IMG/VR virus record: IMGVR_UViG_3300042514_001512
Strand: one strand, 5' to 3'
DNA from: an uncultured virus (IMG/VR IMGVR_UViG_3300042514_001512)
Taxonomy: Duplodnaviria > Heunggongvirae > Uroviricota > Caudoviricetes
Length of the DNA stretch: 56,912 nt
The notes under the pieces are model-generated. The model did not search any database. It saw nothing but the letters and a program-made list of their open reading frames with translations, and was not told where the DNA came from. Shown here in pieces: positions 31,901-40,850 of this stretch; position 1 is the stretch's first letter, and each line of letters begins with the position of its first letter. Position numbers and translations under genes: made by a program.

Positions 31901-32455
31901 ATGAATAATAGTTTAACTAGTTATATTTTATTTGTCTTTGCTAAACACGATGAACAGGAAGAGTTTATAACATCGTTAGCTGAGGAACTATCGGTCATAT
32001 CCGATTCATTAAATATAAAATTTTATTATGGACCCGAATCTGGTATATTTACTTTTGATACCAAAGATGATTTCTCGGTTATTAAAGAATATATGGATAT
32101 AATGTTTTGTGAAAGTAAAATTGTTTATATGTTGTTACCATATGACCATGACAAAATATCAGTTGGTTTTTCGGATGATATTTATAACCATTTATTTACA
32201 CAAAATGTTGGTAAAAATATATCAAGTTTTGAATCTGAGTCACAAAAAACGTTAAGTGAAGAATTAAAAAGTAGAGTTGATTTATTTTTTGATAAGATAA
32301 TTGACGATGAAGACGATGATGAGGATGAGATTAAAAAAATTAAATCTAAATCTTCAGTTCCTTCTTTAGATGACTTACTTGATAAAATAAATGATAAAGG
32401 CCTTGTATCATTAACAAAAAAAGAACTATCTTTGTTAAAACAATACTCTAAATAA
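31901..32455 (+). CDS. Hypothetical protein
   Basis: 184 aa; C-terminal LDDLLDKINDKGLVSLTKKE helical motif. Confidence 0.6.
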   Translation: MNNSLTSYILFVFAKHDEQEEFITSLAEELSVISDSLNIKFYYGPESGIFTFDTKDDFSVIKEYMDIMFCESKIVYMLLPYDHDKISVGFSDDIYNHLFTQNVGKNISSFESESQKTLSEELKSRVDLFFDKIIDDEDDDEDEIKKIKSKSSVPSLDDLLDKINDKGLVSLTKKELSLLKQYSK

Positions 32456-32460
32456 AAAAT

Positions 32461-33261
32461 ATGAAAGAAAAAAGCTCATCAATTTCAATTAACCAAGAAG
32501 AGATACAAATATATCTTAAGGACATTCGTAAAATAAAAGTTATGACTCCTGAAAGGGAGAGAGAACTTGCAAAGATGATAGCTACTGAGGGTATTACCCA
32601 AAGAGAAAAAGATGCAATTCACAAAGAACTTTTAGAAGGTAATTTACGTTTTGTAATTACAGTGGCAAAACAATATCAAAATCAAGGATTAGATTTCCCT
32701 GATTTAATTGCTGAAGGTAATTTAGGGTTAATGAAAGCCATTAATAATTTTGATTGGTCTAAAAATCTTAGATTTATTTCTTACGCGGTTTGGTGGGTTA
32801 AACAATCAATCTTACAGTCTTTAAATGACAACTCAAGAACAATTAGACTACCTGTTAATGTTGTTCAAGATTTACATCGAGCAAAAAAAGAGGTTGAATC
32901 TAATGGGGCTCAACTAGACGATAAATTCCAAAAGTTACCATCGATGATTGATTTAGATATGAATATTAACGAAGATGGTGATACTTTAATTGATATTATT
33001 AAGAATGACCAAGCGGAGATGCCTGATGAGGTATTTAATAGTAAGGATATGTTAAAGTCAAAACTAATAAATCTTCTTAATTTTTTAGATGAAAGAGAAA
33101 AAGTGATTATTGAAGATTATTTTGGATTAACAGGAACACCAAGAACTTTAGAGGATATAGGTGGTGATTTTAACTTAACAAAGGAAAGAGTCCGTCAGAT
33201 AAAACAAAAAGCTTTAAGAAAAATAAGAAATGAAAGTGATTGTTTATACGATTATATGTAA
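32461..33261 (+). CDS. RNA polymerase sigma factor, Bacteroidota primary-sigma-like (no region 1.1)
   Basis: YLKDI, NLRFVITVAKQYQNQG, DLIAEGNLGLMKA, FISYAVWWVKQSI, RTIRLP, TLEDIG, TKERVRQI. Confidence 0.93.
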   Translation: MKEKSSSISINQEEIQIYLKDIRKIKVMTPERERELAKMIATEGITQREKDAIHKELLEGNLRFVITVAKQYQNQGLDFPDLIAEGNLGLMKAINNFDWSKNLRFISYAVWWVKQSILQSLNDNSRTIRLPVNVVQDLHRAKKEVESNGAQLDDKFQKLPSMIDLDMNINEDGDTLIDIIKNDQAEMPDEVFNSKDMLKSKLINLLNFLDEREKVIIEDYFGLTGTPRTLEDIGGDFNLTKERVRQIKQKALRKIRNESDCLYDYM

Positions 33262-33268
33262 AAAAAAG

Positions 33269-33302
33269 AAAACCTTCTATTTATTAAGATAGAAGGTTTT
33301 TT
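33269..33302 (+). terminator. Terminator hairpin overlapping a late-promoter motif
   Basis: AAAACCTTCTAT-TTATTAAG-ATAGAAGGTTTT plus T-tail; TATTTATT spans 33278-33285. Confidence 0.7.
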
Positions 33303-33327
33303 ACTTTTATAAAAAAAACAAAATATT

Positions 33328-33618
33328 ATGAAAGCAATTTTAAATTTTATTGACACTTGGGGAGTTAGAATCATTACATTATTAATATTAATTATCTTTT
33401 TTAAAACTTGTTCGACTAATGGAAAAGTTGAAAAAGTTCAAAAAAGTGTAGTGGAGACTAACATTAAAATAGATTCATTATCACTTGAATTACAAAAACA
33501 AATTAAGATTGAAGGTCTTAAATCTGAAAAAAGAATGATTCAATCTACTGATAGAAAAATTATGGATGTTAACAGACAGACAGAAATTGATAAAGAAATA
33601 TCTCAATTTGATAAATGA
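33328..33618 (+). CDS. Membrane-anchored coiled-coil protein (possible lysis/spanin component)
   Basis: N-terminal TM helix, FFKTC, coiled coil; upstream of the amidase-like gene. Confidence 0.5.
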   Translation: MKAILNFIDTWGVRIITLLILIIFFKTCSTNGKVEKVQKSVVETNIKIDSLSLELQKQIKIEGLKSEKRMIQSTDRKIMDVNRQTEIDKEISQFDK

Positions 33619-34466
33619 AAATAATTTTATCATGGATTAAATCCAACCCAATTAGGGCTATGTTTTTATTCCCCATTATATTAGTGGGGATTATTTCAAT
33701 TTCCCACGTAGTCTCTTGGTATGATTTAGCGAATCCAATTAGTTGGGCAATCTACCTATCAATCGCTATAGAGATTGGTGCTATGACGGCATTGATTGCA
33801 GCAACAAATCGAATTAAAGGTGGGGTGTGGTTCATGTTTGGGTTAGTTACTTTTGTACAAATGATTGGTAATATATTTTTTTCTTATAAAGAAATTGACT
33901 CCAACGGGGAATTATTCAAATCTTGGGTTGAACTTACAGGACCAATATGGGAAGGTTTAGGTTCTGACATTACAGATGTTGTATCATTGAAAAGATGGTT
34001 AGCATTTTTAGAAGGTGGTTTATTACCAATAATATCTTTAACCTCATTACATTTTTTCATTAAATACGATGAAGGCAATAAGACTGTTGTTGAAGTAATT
34101 AAAGAAGTCAAGAATGAATATCCTTTTTATGATGAAGTTGAAATTCCTGAAAGTTATTTTGCAAATTCCACCCCTCAAGTCGCCCCCCAAGTTGAACCAA
34201 TAGTAATTGAAAAAATTGTTGAGGTACCTGTTGAGGTTATTAGGGAAGTAGAAAAAATTGTTGAGGTACTTGTTGAGGTTATTAAAGAAGTACCTGTTGA
34301 AGTAATTAGAGAAGTTGAGGTTATTAAAGAAGTACCTGTTGAAGTAATTAAAGAAGTTGAGGTTATTAAAGAAGTATTTGTTGAGGTTATTAAAGAAGTT
34401 GAGGTCACAACAACCACAACAACTGAAGATAATATTAAAAGATTAAGTTATATAAAACCTGATTAA
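33615..34466 (+). CDS. Multi-pass membrane protein with VEVIKEVP repeats
   Basis: About 4 hydrophobic helices, then EKIVEVPVEVIREV repeats and a poly-Thr tract. Confidence 0.6.
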   Translation: MKIILSWIKSNPIRAMFLFPIILVGIISISHVVSWYDLANPISWAIYLSIAIEIGAMTALIAATNRIKGGVWFMFGLVTFVQMIGNIFFSYKEIDSNGELFKSWVELTGPIWEGLGSDITDVVSLKRWLAFLEGGLLPIISLTSLHFFIKYDEGNKTVVEVIKEVKNEYPFYDEVEIPESYFANSTPQVAPQVEPIVIEKIVEVPVEVIREVEKIVEVLVEVIKEVPVEVIREVEVIKEVPVEVIKEVEVIKEVFVEVIKEVEVTTTTTTEDNIKRLSYIKPD

Positions 34467-34497
34467 GATAACTAAATAAAATTTTAAGTTATATGTT

Positions 34498-35103
34498 ATG
34501 TTTGATATAATTAACTACAAGAAATTTAAACCTAAGGGTAAACAAAAGAAAAAATATCAAATAATACTAACCCACACCTCAAGGAACGTTACAGATTATT
34601 TAAACTCTATTAAGTATAGATACTCGGGAAATTATCCTAAAATTCCAAACTATATTATAACTATGGATGGAAAAGTATTACAATTATTAGACAATACGGA
34701 ACACACCCAATACTTTGAAGAACCTAACATTAATAGGAACTCAATTATCATTTCATTAGAAAATTTAGGATGGTTACAAAAAGAACCGTTAAAAGACTAT
34801 TACGTTAACTGGATTGGTGATATTTATAAAGGTAATGTGTTTGAGAAAAAATGGAGAGACTATTTTTTTTGGCAACCTTATACCGATATCCAAGTACAGA
34901 ATACGAGTATATTGTGTAATATGTTGTTTAAAGAAATGTCTATAAAACCAATGATTGTTGGACACAACACAAAAATAAATGGTATTGAAAAATATGAAGG
35001 TGTGGTTACTAAAAGTAATTTTGATTTGAATTTTACTGATGTTAGTCCATCTTTTAATTTTGAAAAATTTTTAAAAAAAATTAATAATGAAAAAAATTGT
35101 TAA
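34498..35103 (+). CDS. N-acetylmuramoyl-L-alanine amidase-like protein (Amidase_2 fold, divergent)
   Basis: IILTHTS, PNYIITMDGKVLQL, NRNSIIISLEN, YTDIQV, VGHN, DVSP. Confidence 0.65.
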   Translation: MFDIINYKKFKPKGKQKKKYQIILTHTSRNVTDYLNSIKYRYSGNYPKIPNYIITMDGKVLQLLDNTEHTQYFEEPNINRNSIIISLENLGWLQKEPLKDYYVNWIGDIYKGNVFEKKWRDYFFWQPYTDIQVQNTSILCNMLFKEMSIKPMIVGHNTKINGIEKYEGVVTKSNFDLNFTDVSPSFNFEKFLKKINNEKNC

Positions 35104-35395
35104 ATTAAATGAATCTGAATTAATAAATTTTATTAAAAAATTTATTGCTGAAGAAGAATCTGAAGATGATTTTAATGATAATAATTTTACGGTTGAACCT
35201 AATGTTAACATGATACCAAGAGAAAAACAACTACAAGGTATGTTTGGTAAATATGAAGACCAAGTCCCAAATGATGTTTTAAGGTATTTAAGAAAAAATC
35301 CACAACTAATTATGAACCGATTAGTTAAAATTTATGGGGATAAATTTTTAGAGTTTGCCGAAAAAGCTTACATTAAGAACTATAAAATAAAATAA
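35087..35395 (+). CDS. Putative internal head protein
   Basis: N-terminal MKKIVKLNESELINFIKKFIAEE leader. Confidence 0.55.
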   Translation: MKKIVKLNESELINFIKKFIAEEESEDDFNDNNFTVEPNVNMIPREKQLQGMFGKYEDQVPNDVLRYLRKNPQLIMNRLVKIYGDKFLEFAEKAYIKNYKIK

Positions 35396-35417
35396 TATTT
35401 AAATTAATTAAAATACA

Positions 35418-36014
35418 ATGAATAATTCGCACGATGAAATTAAAAATTTATTAAAAGCCTCTAGAAAATTATTAAATAATGAGACTATTAATGAAGATAT
35501 CCGTAGACAATATGGGGTATTAACCGAACAAGGTGTTGACATGACTGACGATAATGTTACTAAAAAACTTAATATTACACAATCTGTTGAAGACGAAATA
35601 GAAGATAATACAGAATCCTCAAAAGATAAAACACAAGGGTATAGAATATCTGGTGGTGTATTGGTTTTACATGGTAAAACCCAAACTGAATTAGAATTAA
35701 CAACTGATGAAAAAATCGCATTCCAAGAAACTATGGATGAGTTTGTTACTGGGGTTTCTGATTTAGTTGATTTTAATAAGTTAAATGTATTCCCAAACAA
35801 TGTTGAATGGTCGGGCAAAATAATTGATTTTGATATTGAGTTTTTTTTCACAATTGGTGAAGAAAATGGAGTTTATATTAATGGACAAATGATTAAGGTG
35901 GATGATAAATTTTTAGATATGGTTAATAAATTAAAAACTTTTTATGAAAAGTTTAAATCAAAATGGGCTAAAATTATGGCATCAAGAAAAAAAACAAAAA
36001 AAACCGAAGAATAA
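35418..36014 (+). CDS. Putative head-associated protein
   Basis: 198 aa; DEIKNLLKASR and INE/LTEQ motifs; TAATG coupling to the next gene. Confidence 0.5.
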   Translation: MNNSHDEIKNLLKASRKLLNNETINEDIRRQYGVLTEQGVDMTDDNVTKKLNITQSVEDEIEDNTESSKDKTQGYRISGGVLVLHGKTQTELELTTDEKIAFQETMDEFVTGVSDLVDFNKLNVFPNNVEWSGKIIDFDIEFFFTIGEENGVYINGQMIKVDDKFLDMVNKLKTFYEKFKSKWAKIMASRKKTKKTEE

Positions 36015-36355
36015 TGAAAAAATTTTTTAATGAACAAACAATTTTATTATTAATTATTGCCGTATTGGCAATTTGGAATATATTCAACACTAGCAGTATT
36101 AAAACGGATGTTGATTCATATAAAGATAAGATAAAGACAATTCAAGTACAAGTAGACTCTGTCCAAACAGTAAATAAAGAAATTGATGGGAAAATTGGTA
36201 AAGTTGACAAAAAAATTGTTAATGTTACTAAAGAGATTCATCATATTGATAATACAATAACAATAGTAAAAAATAACACAAATGAAAAAATTAATACTGC
36301 TGACAATTTTGGCGTTAACGAGCTTGAATTGTTTTTCGCAAACAGGTACCGATAA
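36014..36355 (+). CDS. Putative i-spanin-like protein
   Basis: N-terminal TM helix plus coiled coil; overlaps the next gene by 74 nt. Confidence 0.45.
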   Translation: MKKFFNEQTILLLIIAVLAIWNIFNTSSIKTDVDSYKDKIKTIQVQVDSVQTVNKEIDGKIGKVDKKIVNVTKEIHHIDNTITIVKNNTNEKINTADNFGVNELELFFANRYR

Positions 36356-36704
36356 AGAATCAGACACCACTAAAGTTGTTTTAACTAAAGAGGTTGCTAA
36401 ACAAATTGTGAAAGACTTGATTAGGCTAGATGGATGTCAAGAAGAGTTAAAATTAACTCAAAATAAAATTATTAAACTTGAAGAAAGAGAAATTCAAAAA
36501 GACACTATCATTTCTTTATTGAGAGATAAAGATAAGAATAACCAATTTGTTATTACTCAAAAAGATAAACAATTACAAATATCTGACGAGTTATCTAAAA
36601 GTTTAGGTAAAGAATTAAAAAGTTCTAAACGTACCACTTCCTTATATAAATTAGGAACTTTAGTTGGGATTATATCAACATCACTTTTATTAATTATTAA
36701 ATAA
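36282..36704 (+). CDS. Exported coiled-coil protein with C-terminal TM (spanin-like)
   Basis: Signal peptide MKKLILLTILALTSLNCFSQ; C-terminal LGTLVGIISTSLLLII. Confidence 0.45.
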   Translation: MKKLILLTILALTSLNCFSQTGTDKESDTTKVVLTKEVAKQIVKDLIRLDGCQEELKLTQNKIIKLEEREIQKDTIISLLRDKDKNNQFVITQKDKQLQISDELSKSLGKELKSSKRTTSLYKLGTLVGIISTSLLLIIK

Positions 36705-36705
36705 C

Positions 36706-37437
36706 ATGAAAATTAAAGAAACATATTCTGGTGACCTAAAAACTAAAATGGCGGATGAAATGAGTAAAACAGGTGTTTTCTCACAAGGTTCAGACGCGGT
36801 CCAAACTGCAAACTCTTTTATTAGAAGTATACCTGAAAGTAAAAACAAAAAAGAAGAGATTATTCGTAAACCATTAAAGAAAGGTTTTACCGATAAGTTA
36901 GTTAGTACTAAAAAAATAACAAAACCTATAGGCAAATTAACTATGGGAATGCCAATAATGGGTGAAAAAAAAACAGAATCAACCGAATCAACAGGTTCAG
37001 GTTCTGCGGGAGGATTCTCAGCACCATTATTCTCAACAACTAAAAAAGAAATGGAAGAAAATACGTTCAAAGCTCCAAAACTAACTATGTTTTCGGATGA
37101 AAAACCAAAACTTAAAAAAGTTGAGGCGACAGAAGCTACAGGTTCATCATCTTCAGGTGCTTATGAAACCAATGCGGCTTGGGCAAAATCCACAAGTAAA
37201 AAAGATTGGAGAGGTAAGTCTAAAACTCAAATACCTGGAGGTAAGTTCGTCCAAGTTAAAGAGAAGTGTAAAAAATTCCCATACTGTAATCAAGGAGATA
37301 TTAAAGCTTTAAAAATATTTGAAAACGATACTGTTAAAAAAGTGATTACAAATATTAGTAAAAAACATAACATAAGTGAAAACGTGATTAAAACGATACT
37401 ATCTTATGAGTATGAAAATAGTAAATCTAACAAATAA
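36706..37437 (+). CDS. Putative internal head protein
   Basis: Two related motifs, ESTGSGSAGGFSAPLF and EATGSSSSGAYETNAAW; CKKFPYCNQGD. Confidence 0.5.
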   Translation: MKIKETYSGDLKTKMADEMSKTGVFSQGSDAVQTANSFIRSIPESKNKKEEIIRKPLKKGFTDKLVSTKKITKPIGKLTMGMPIMGEKKTESTESTGSGSAGGFSAPLFSTTKKEMEENTFKAPKLTMFSDEKPKLKKVEATEATGSSSSGAYETNAAWAKSTSKKDWRGKSKTQIPGGKFVQVKEKCKKFPYCNQGDIKALKIFENDTVKKVITNISKKHNISENVIKTILSYEYENSKSNK

Positions 37438-37452
37438 ACTGAAATATTTAGA

Positions 37453-37460
37453 TATTTATA
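37453..37460 (+). promoter_or_regulatory. Putative late promoter TATTTATA
   Basis: ATATTTATATTAAAAACA context, identical to the one at 43542. Confidence 0.6.
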
Positions 37461-37474
37461 TTAAAAACAAGAAA

Positions 37475-39022
37475 ATGAAAAACACAAATAACAAATACCT
37501 TGATAATTTGGTCGCTAGATTGGTTAAAGAAACCTTAGAGGAAAGAACCGATGAGTTAACTACCAAGATAAATGAATTAGGTGGTATGGATGATGGTCAT
37601 CCTAAATTTGGTAAGTTAAATTTAAATAAAATGTCAGATGAAGACTTAAATGACTTAATGAGTTCTAATGTTGAAGGTGATGACGACGACTATAAAGACC
37701 GAAGTGCGTATAAACCATATTATGGTGAAGAAGATGGTGACGATGATTTCCAAGACGATGATTTCCAATACAATGGTGACATTGACAATGACTTTGATAA
37801 TGATGAGGAATTAGACGAATCATCAGAAGTATGTGAATGTGGTGGTGGTATGTATGAAGGTATTTGTGAAGAATGTGGTTATAGTAAAGTAGACGAAGGA
37901 ATTGATGATGAAGAAGACCTTAATGGTAAATTTGATTATGTTGAGGAAGAAGTTGATTTTGAAGATGAGGAAGAAATTGAAGACGAGACTCAATCAGAAG
38001 ATAAAGAGGCTTGCAAGTACCATATGGATAATTTTGGTCCTGAGGACAAAAGAACACAACAGTTCTGTGGCTCAAATAAAATGGGTTTAGACAAGTTTAA
38101 ATTCTCAATGAATGAAAGACTAAAAGGCAGACAAAGAAATATTGATAAAAACAAAAATGGTAAAATTGATTCTGAAGATTTTGAAATGTTAAGAAAAGGT
38201 GAGACTAAAGAAGGTAAAATGAATGAGAAATTAAAAGGTCGACAAAGAAATATTGATAAAAACAAAAATGGTAAAATTGATTCTGAAGATTTTGAAATGT
38301 TAAGAAAAGGTGAGACTAAAGAAGGTAAAAAATCTGTTAAACTTTCTGAGAACGAAATGATTGATTTAATAGAAAAACTTGTTAGAGAAGAAAATGCTGG
38401 CAAAAAACAAACTAATAATATTAAAAGTGCCGGAAAACCTAAAGGACTTACAAAATACGAACAAATTCACACTAAAGATGGTAAAGAAAATGATAACTAT
38501 CTTAAGGATGTTTCTAAAAAAATGAAAGATTATTTAAAAGACGGTTCTAAGGGTGATTTTGATATGAACCCTAAAATGTTTCCTAAAGGAAATGGTGAAT
38601 TGGCAAAAATGGATAAGAAAGCATATATCCCATCAACTGCGGTTGAGGACTACGTTGACAACTTTACGGCCGCTGCGTTAGAAAATTTAGATTACGATGA
38701 AATCCATCCAAATGAAGAATGGGTAACAGATAACATCGAAGGTTCTTCAAGAACAGGTAATAACCCTGAATGGGCTAACACGGGGGAATCTGATGTGAAC
38801 AAAAAACGTAACAAAATCAGAAAAGATAATATGTTGGCTAAACTTAAGAGAAAGGCCTACAATAAATCACCACAACCAGTTGTTAACGATACTGCGGGTG
38901 AAGATAAAGGTAGTGCGATTATGGCTAAATTAGAGTCAACTGAACCAAAACAAGCGAAACAAATTAATGAAGAGTTTGATAGAATGAAATCTTTAATAGG
39001 TTACAATCAAAAAACTCAATAA
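37475..39022 (+). CDS. Acidic putative head core/scaffold-like protein with duplicated EF-hand-like motif
   Basis: TATTTATA at 37453 favours ATG 37475. D/E-rich; CECGG...CEECG; 2x DKNKNGKIDSEDF; internal VKLSENEMIDLIEKLVREE; C-terminal INEEFDRMKSLIGY. Confidence 0.6.
   Translation: MKNTNNKYLDNLVARLVKETLEERTDELTTKINELGGMDDGHPKFGKLNLNKMSDEDLNDLMSSNVEGDDDDYKDRSAYKPYYGEEDGDDDFQDDDFQYNGDIDNDFDNDEELDESSEVCECGGGMYEGICEECGYSKVDEGIDDEEDLNGKFDYVEEEVDFEDEEEIEDETQSEDKEACKYHMDNFGPEDKRTQQFCGSNKMGLDKFKFSMNERLKGRQRNIDKNKNGKIDSEDFEMLRKGETKEGKMNEKLKGRQRNIDKNKNGKIDSEDFEMLRKGETKEGKKSVKLSENEMIDLIEKLVREENAGKKQTNNIKSAGKPKGLTKYEQIHTKDGKENDNYLKDVSKKMKDYLKDGSKGDFDMNPKMFPKGNGELAKMDKKAYIPSTAVEDYVDNFTAAALENLDYDEIHPNEEWVTDNIEGSSRTGNNPEWANTGESDVNKKRNKIRKDNMLAKLKRKAYNKSPQPVVNDTAGEDKGSAIMAKLESTEPKQAKQINEEFDRMKSLIGYNQKTQ
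38108..38329 (+). repeat. 111-bp near-perfect tandem duplication (2 copies)
   Basis: Copies start at 38108 and 38219 and encode MNE(R/K)LKGRQRNIDKNKNGKIDSEDFEMLRKGETKEGK. Confidence 0.95.
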
Positions 39023-39069
39023 TTTACAAACACATAATATAACTTATAATTTCTCCATAGACTAACTCT

Positions 39070-39537
39070 ATGGAGAATTTTTTTAATTACATATCAAATC
39101 CGTTAACACCTGAGGATGTTGACATTTGGTTTCGGGTAAATAATATCATACCTGAAAAAATAGAGTTATTTTCCGACTTCTCACATTCCCTGAACATATT
39201 AATTGTTGAAACTTATTTAGGTGAGAATAACACCGCAAATGAAACCAAAATTGTTATGTCGTTAGACGATAATCACAAACATTTTGAATGGTGTTGGAAT
39301 AAAATAATTGATAACTTTACTAAAGAGAATATTAGATTCCAACCAAGTGGTGACCACTACGAATACTTCCAATCATTTTTTGTTGATATCTTTTATAATC
39401 AAAGTGACGTTAAAATTAGACATTCTATTGATAGTTACCTCAACGACCTTTTTGATACCAAAAAATCTTTCACTAAATCTGATTTAGATATGATATTAAC
39501 CATATATAAAGTGTTGGATAAAAACCTTAAAATTTAA
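39070..39537 (+). CDS. Hypothetical protein
   Basis: 155 aa; TTTACA-N16-TATAAT upstream (39023-39050). Confidence 0.6.
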   Translation: MENFFNYISNPLTPEDVDIWFRVNNIIPEKIELFSDFSHSLNILIVETYLGENNTANETKIVMSLDDNHKHFEWCWNKIIDNFTKENIRFQPSGDHYEYFQSFFVDIFYNQSDVKIRHSIDSYLNDLFDTKKSFTKSDLDMILTIYKVLDKNLKI

Positions 39538-39619
39538 AAAATACCTTTATAGTGTTTACTATAGACCAAAAAAAATTATTTTATAATAAAACAATAAATA
39601 AACTAATTGAATTTTAAAA

Positions 39620-39796
39620 ATGGAAACATTAGAACAAATTAAAACACTAACTGAAGAATTGTCACAAGAAGTGGCCAAATTCTTTAAAGGTAATAAAAGT
39701 GCGGGTACTAGAGCTAGAAAAAACGCTCATGACTTGAAAAATTTATTACAAACACTAAGAACTGAAATACTTGAAGAAAGAAAAAAACCTCAATAA
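39620..39796 (+). CDS. Histone H1-like / Hc1-family nucleoid protein, missing from the ORF track
   Basis: METLEQIKTLTEELSQEVAKFFKGNKSAGTRARKNAHDLKNLLQTLRTEILEERKKPQ*; contains the GNKSAGTRARK signature; TAATG coupling. Confidence 0.8.
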   Translation: METLEQIKTLTEELSQEVAKFFKGNKSAGTRARKNAHDLKNLLQTLRTEILEERKKPQ

Positions 39797-39984
39797 TGCA
39801 TAATTTAAATGCGATATATTTGTTTTTATTTATCTTTTCGGTTCTGACCGTAATTAGAACGGTCGCTAGGTTTATAAGTACCCTATTACAGAACCCACCA
39901 AGTCAACTAAAATTGACTAGGTGGGAACTTATACACTTAGGATTATCACTATCCTATGTCATAACCTATTTTATTAAAAATTAA
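39796..39984 (+). CDS. Small two-TM membrane protein
   Basis: Two hydrophobic segments. Confidence 0.55.
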   Translation: MHNLNAIYLFLFIFSVLTVIRTVARFISTLLQNPPSQLKLTRWELIHLGLSLSYVITYFIKN

Positions 39985-39986
39985 TT

Positions 39987-40436
39987 ATGAGTTTATATAA
40001 AGAGTTTTCAACATTACTTCCATACATACAGTCTGTAAGGAAACTTAAAAACTATTTAAGTTTTGACGTTAGTTTTCCTAAAACATGGAAATTACCTAAA
40101 AAATATATTGAAGAAGATAAAATTTTAGAACAAGAAAGTACTATTATTGATAATAGATTTTTTTCTTTTGTATCTGAGATAACTGAAGAAGGTGTTGAAA
40201 ACACATCTAAAAATATTCAAAATATTATTAAATATAATTTAGAAAGAGAAGAGAAAGAAAAATTATTCCAAAATAAAGTGGATGAATTAAAACATATTTT
40301 TGAAAAACAAAATCTTAAAAACTTAAAAAGTTTACAATTTGAAATAAAAAATAATAAATTAGAACTTGAATACGATGAAGAAGAGCTCGAAAGTGCTAGA
40401 GTGGTTCCAGAACGAATTAACAAAGGACAAGATTGA
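39987..40436 (+). CDS. Hypothetical protein
   Basis: 149 aa, coupled spacing. Confidence 0.6.
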   Translation: MSLYKEFSTLLPYIQSVRKLKNYLSFDVSFPKTWKLPKKYIEEDKILEQESTIIDNRFFSFVSEITEEGVENTSKNIQNIIKYNLEREEKEKLFQNKVDELKHIFEKQNLKNLKSLQFEIKNNKLELEYDEEELESARVVPERINKGQD

Positions 40437-40569
40437 TTTAGATAAAGGAAAGTCTGATTTAATCAACCAAATTAAAAAATTAAAAAAGGAAGAAATACTT
40501 CCTAAAATACCTCAAACCCCTGAAAAAATATCACTATGGAAGAGAATCAAAAAAGTATTGATGGGATAA
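40375..40569 (+). CDS. Hypothetical protein
   Basis: Basic ORF ending SLWKRIKKVLMG; start uncertain (40366 or 40375). Confidence 0.5.
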   Translation: MKKSSKVLEWFQNELTKDKIDLDKGKSDLINQIKKLKKEEILPKIPQTPEKISLWKRIKKVLMG

Positions 40570-40850
40570 TTGAAAAATTAGCGTTAGTTGCTGATGCGAT
40601 TGATAGTTTATTTCCTGATGGAAAATCCGCAATCGCCTTTGAACTTAAATCAGAAGATTTTAAAAGAGTTCAAAATAACTTTCGACAAGTTGACCATACA
40701 CATAAACAATTCAAAATAGTTATTTCAAATACCGAATTTATGTTTTTGTTGGATGGGTTGTTGATTGACGAAACAGATAGGTTTTCGGAAACCCTTTCTC
40801 AGATAAAATTAAATAAAGATACTTCCTCTGAGCAGTTGAATAATCTTTAA
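40536..40850 (+). CDS. Hypothetical protein
   Basis: 104 aa; 3' end overlaps the convergent gene. Confidence 0.55.
   Translation: MEENQKSIDGIIEKLALVADAIDSLFPDGKSAIAFELKSEDFKRVQNNFRQVDHTHKQFKIVISNTEFMFLLDGLLIDETDRFSETLSQIKLNKDTSSEQLNNL

Noticed and set aside
38108..38329. Diversity-generating retroelement TR/VR pair
   Set aside because: The copies are adjacent in-frame tandem repeats with a few non-adenine-specific changes, and there is no reverse transcriptase in the window.
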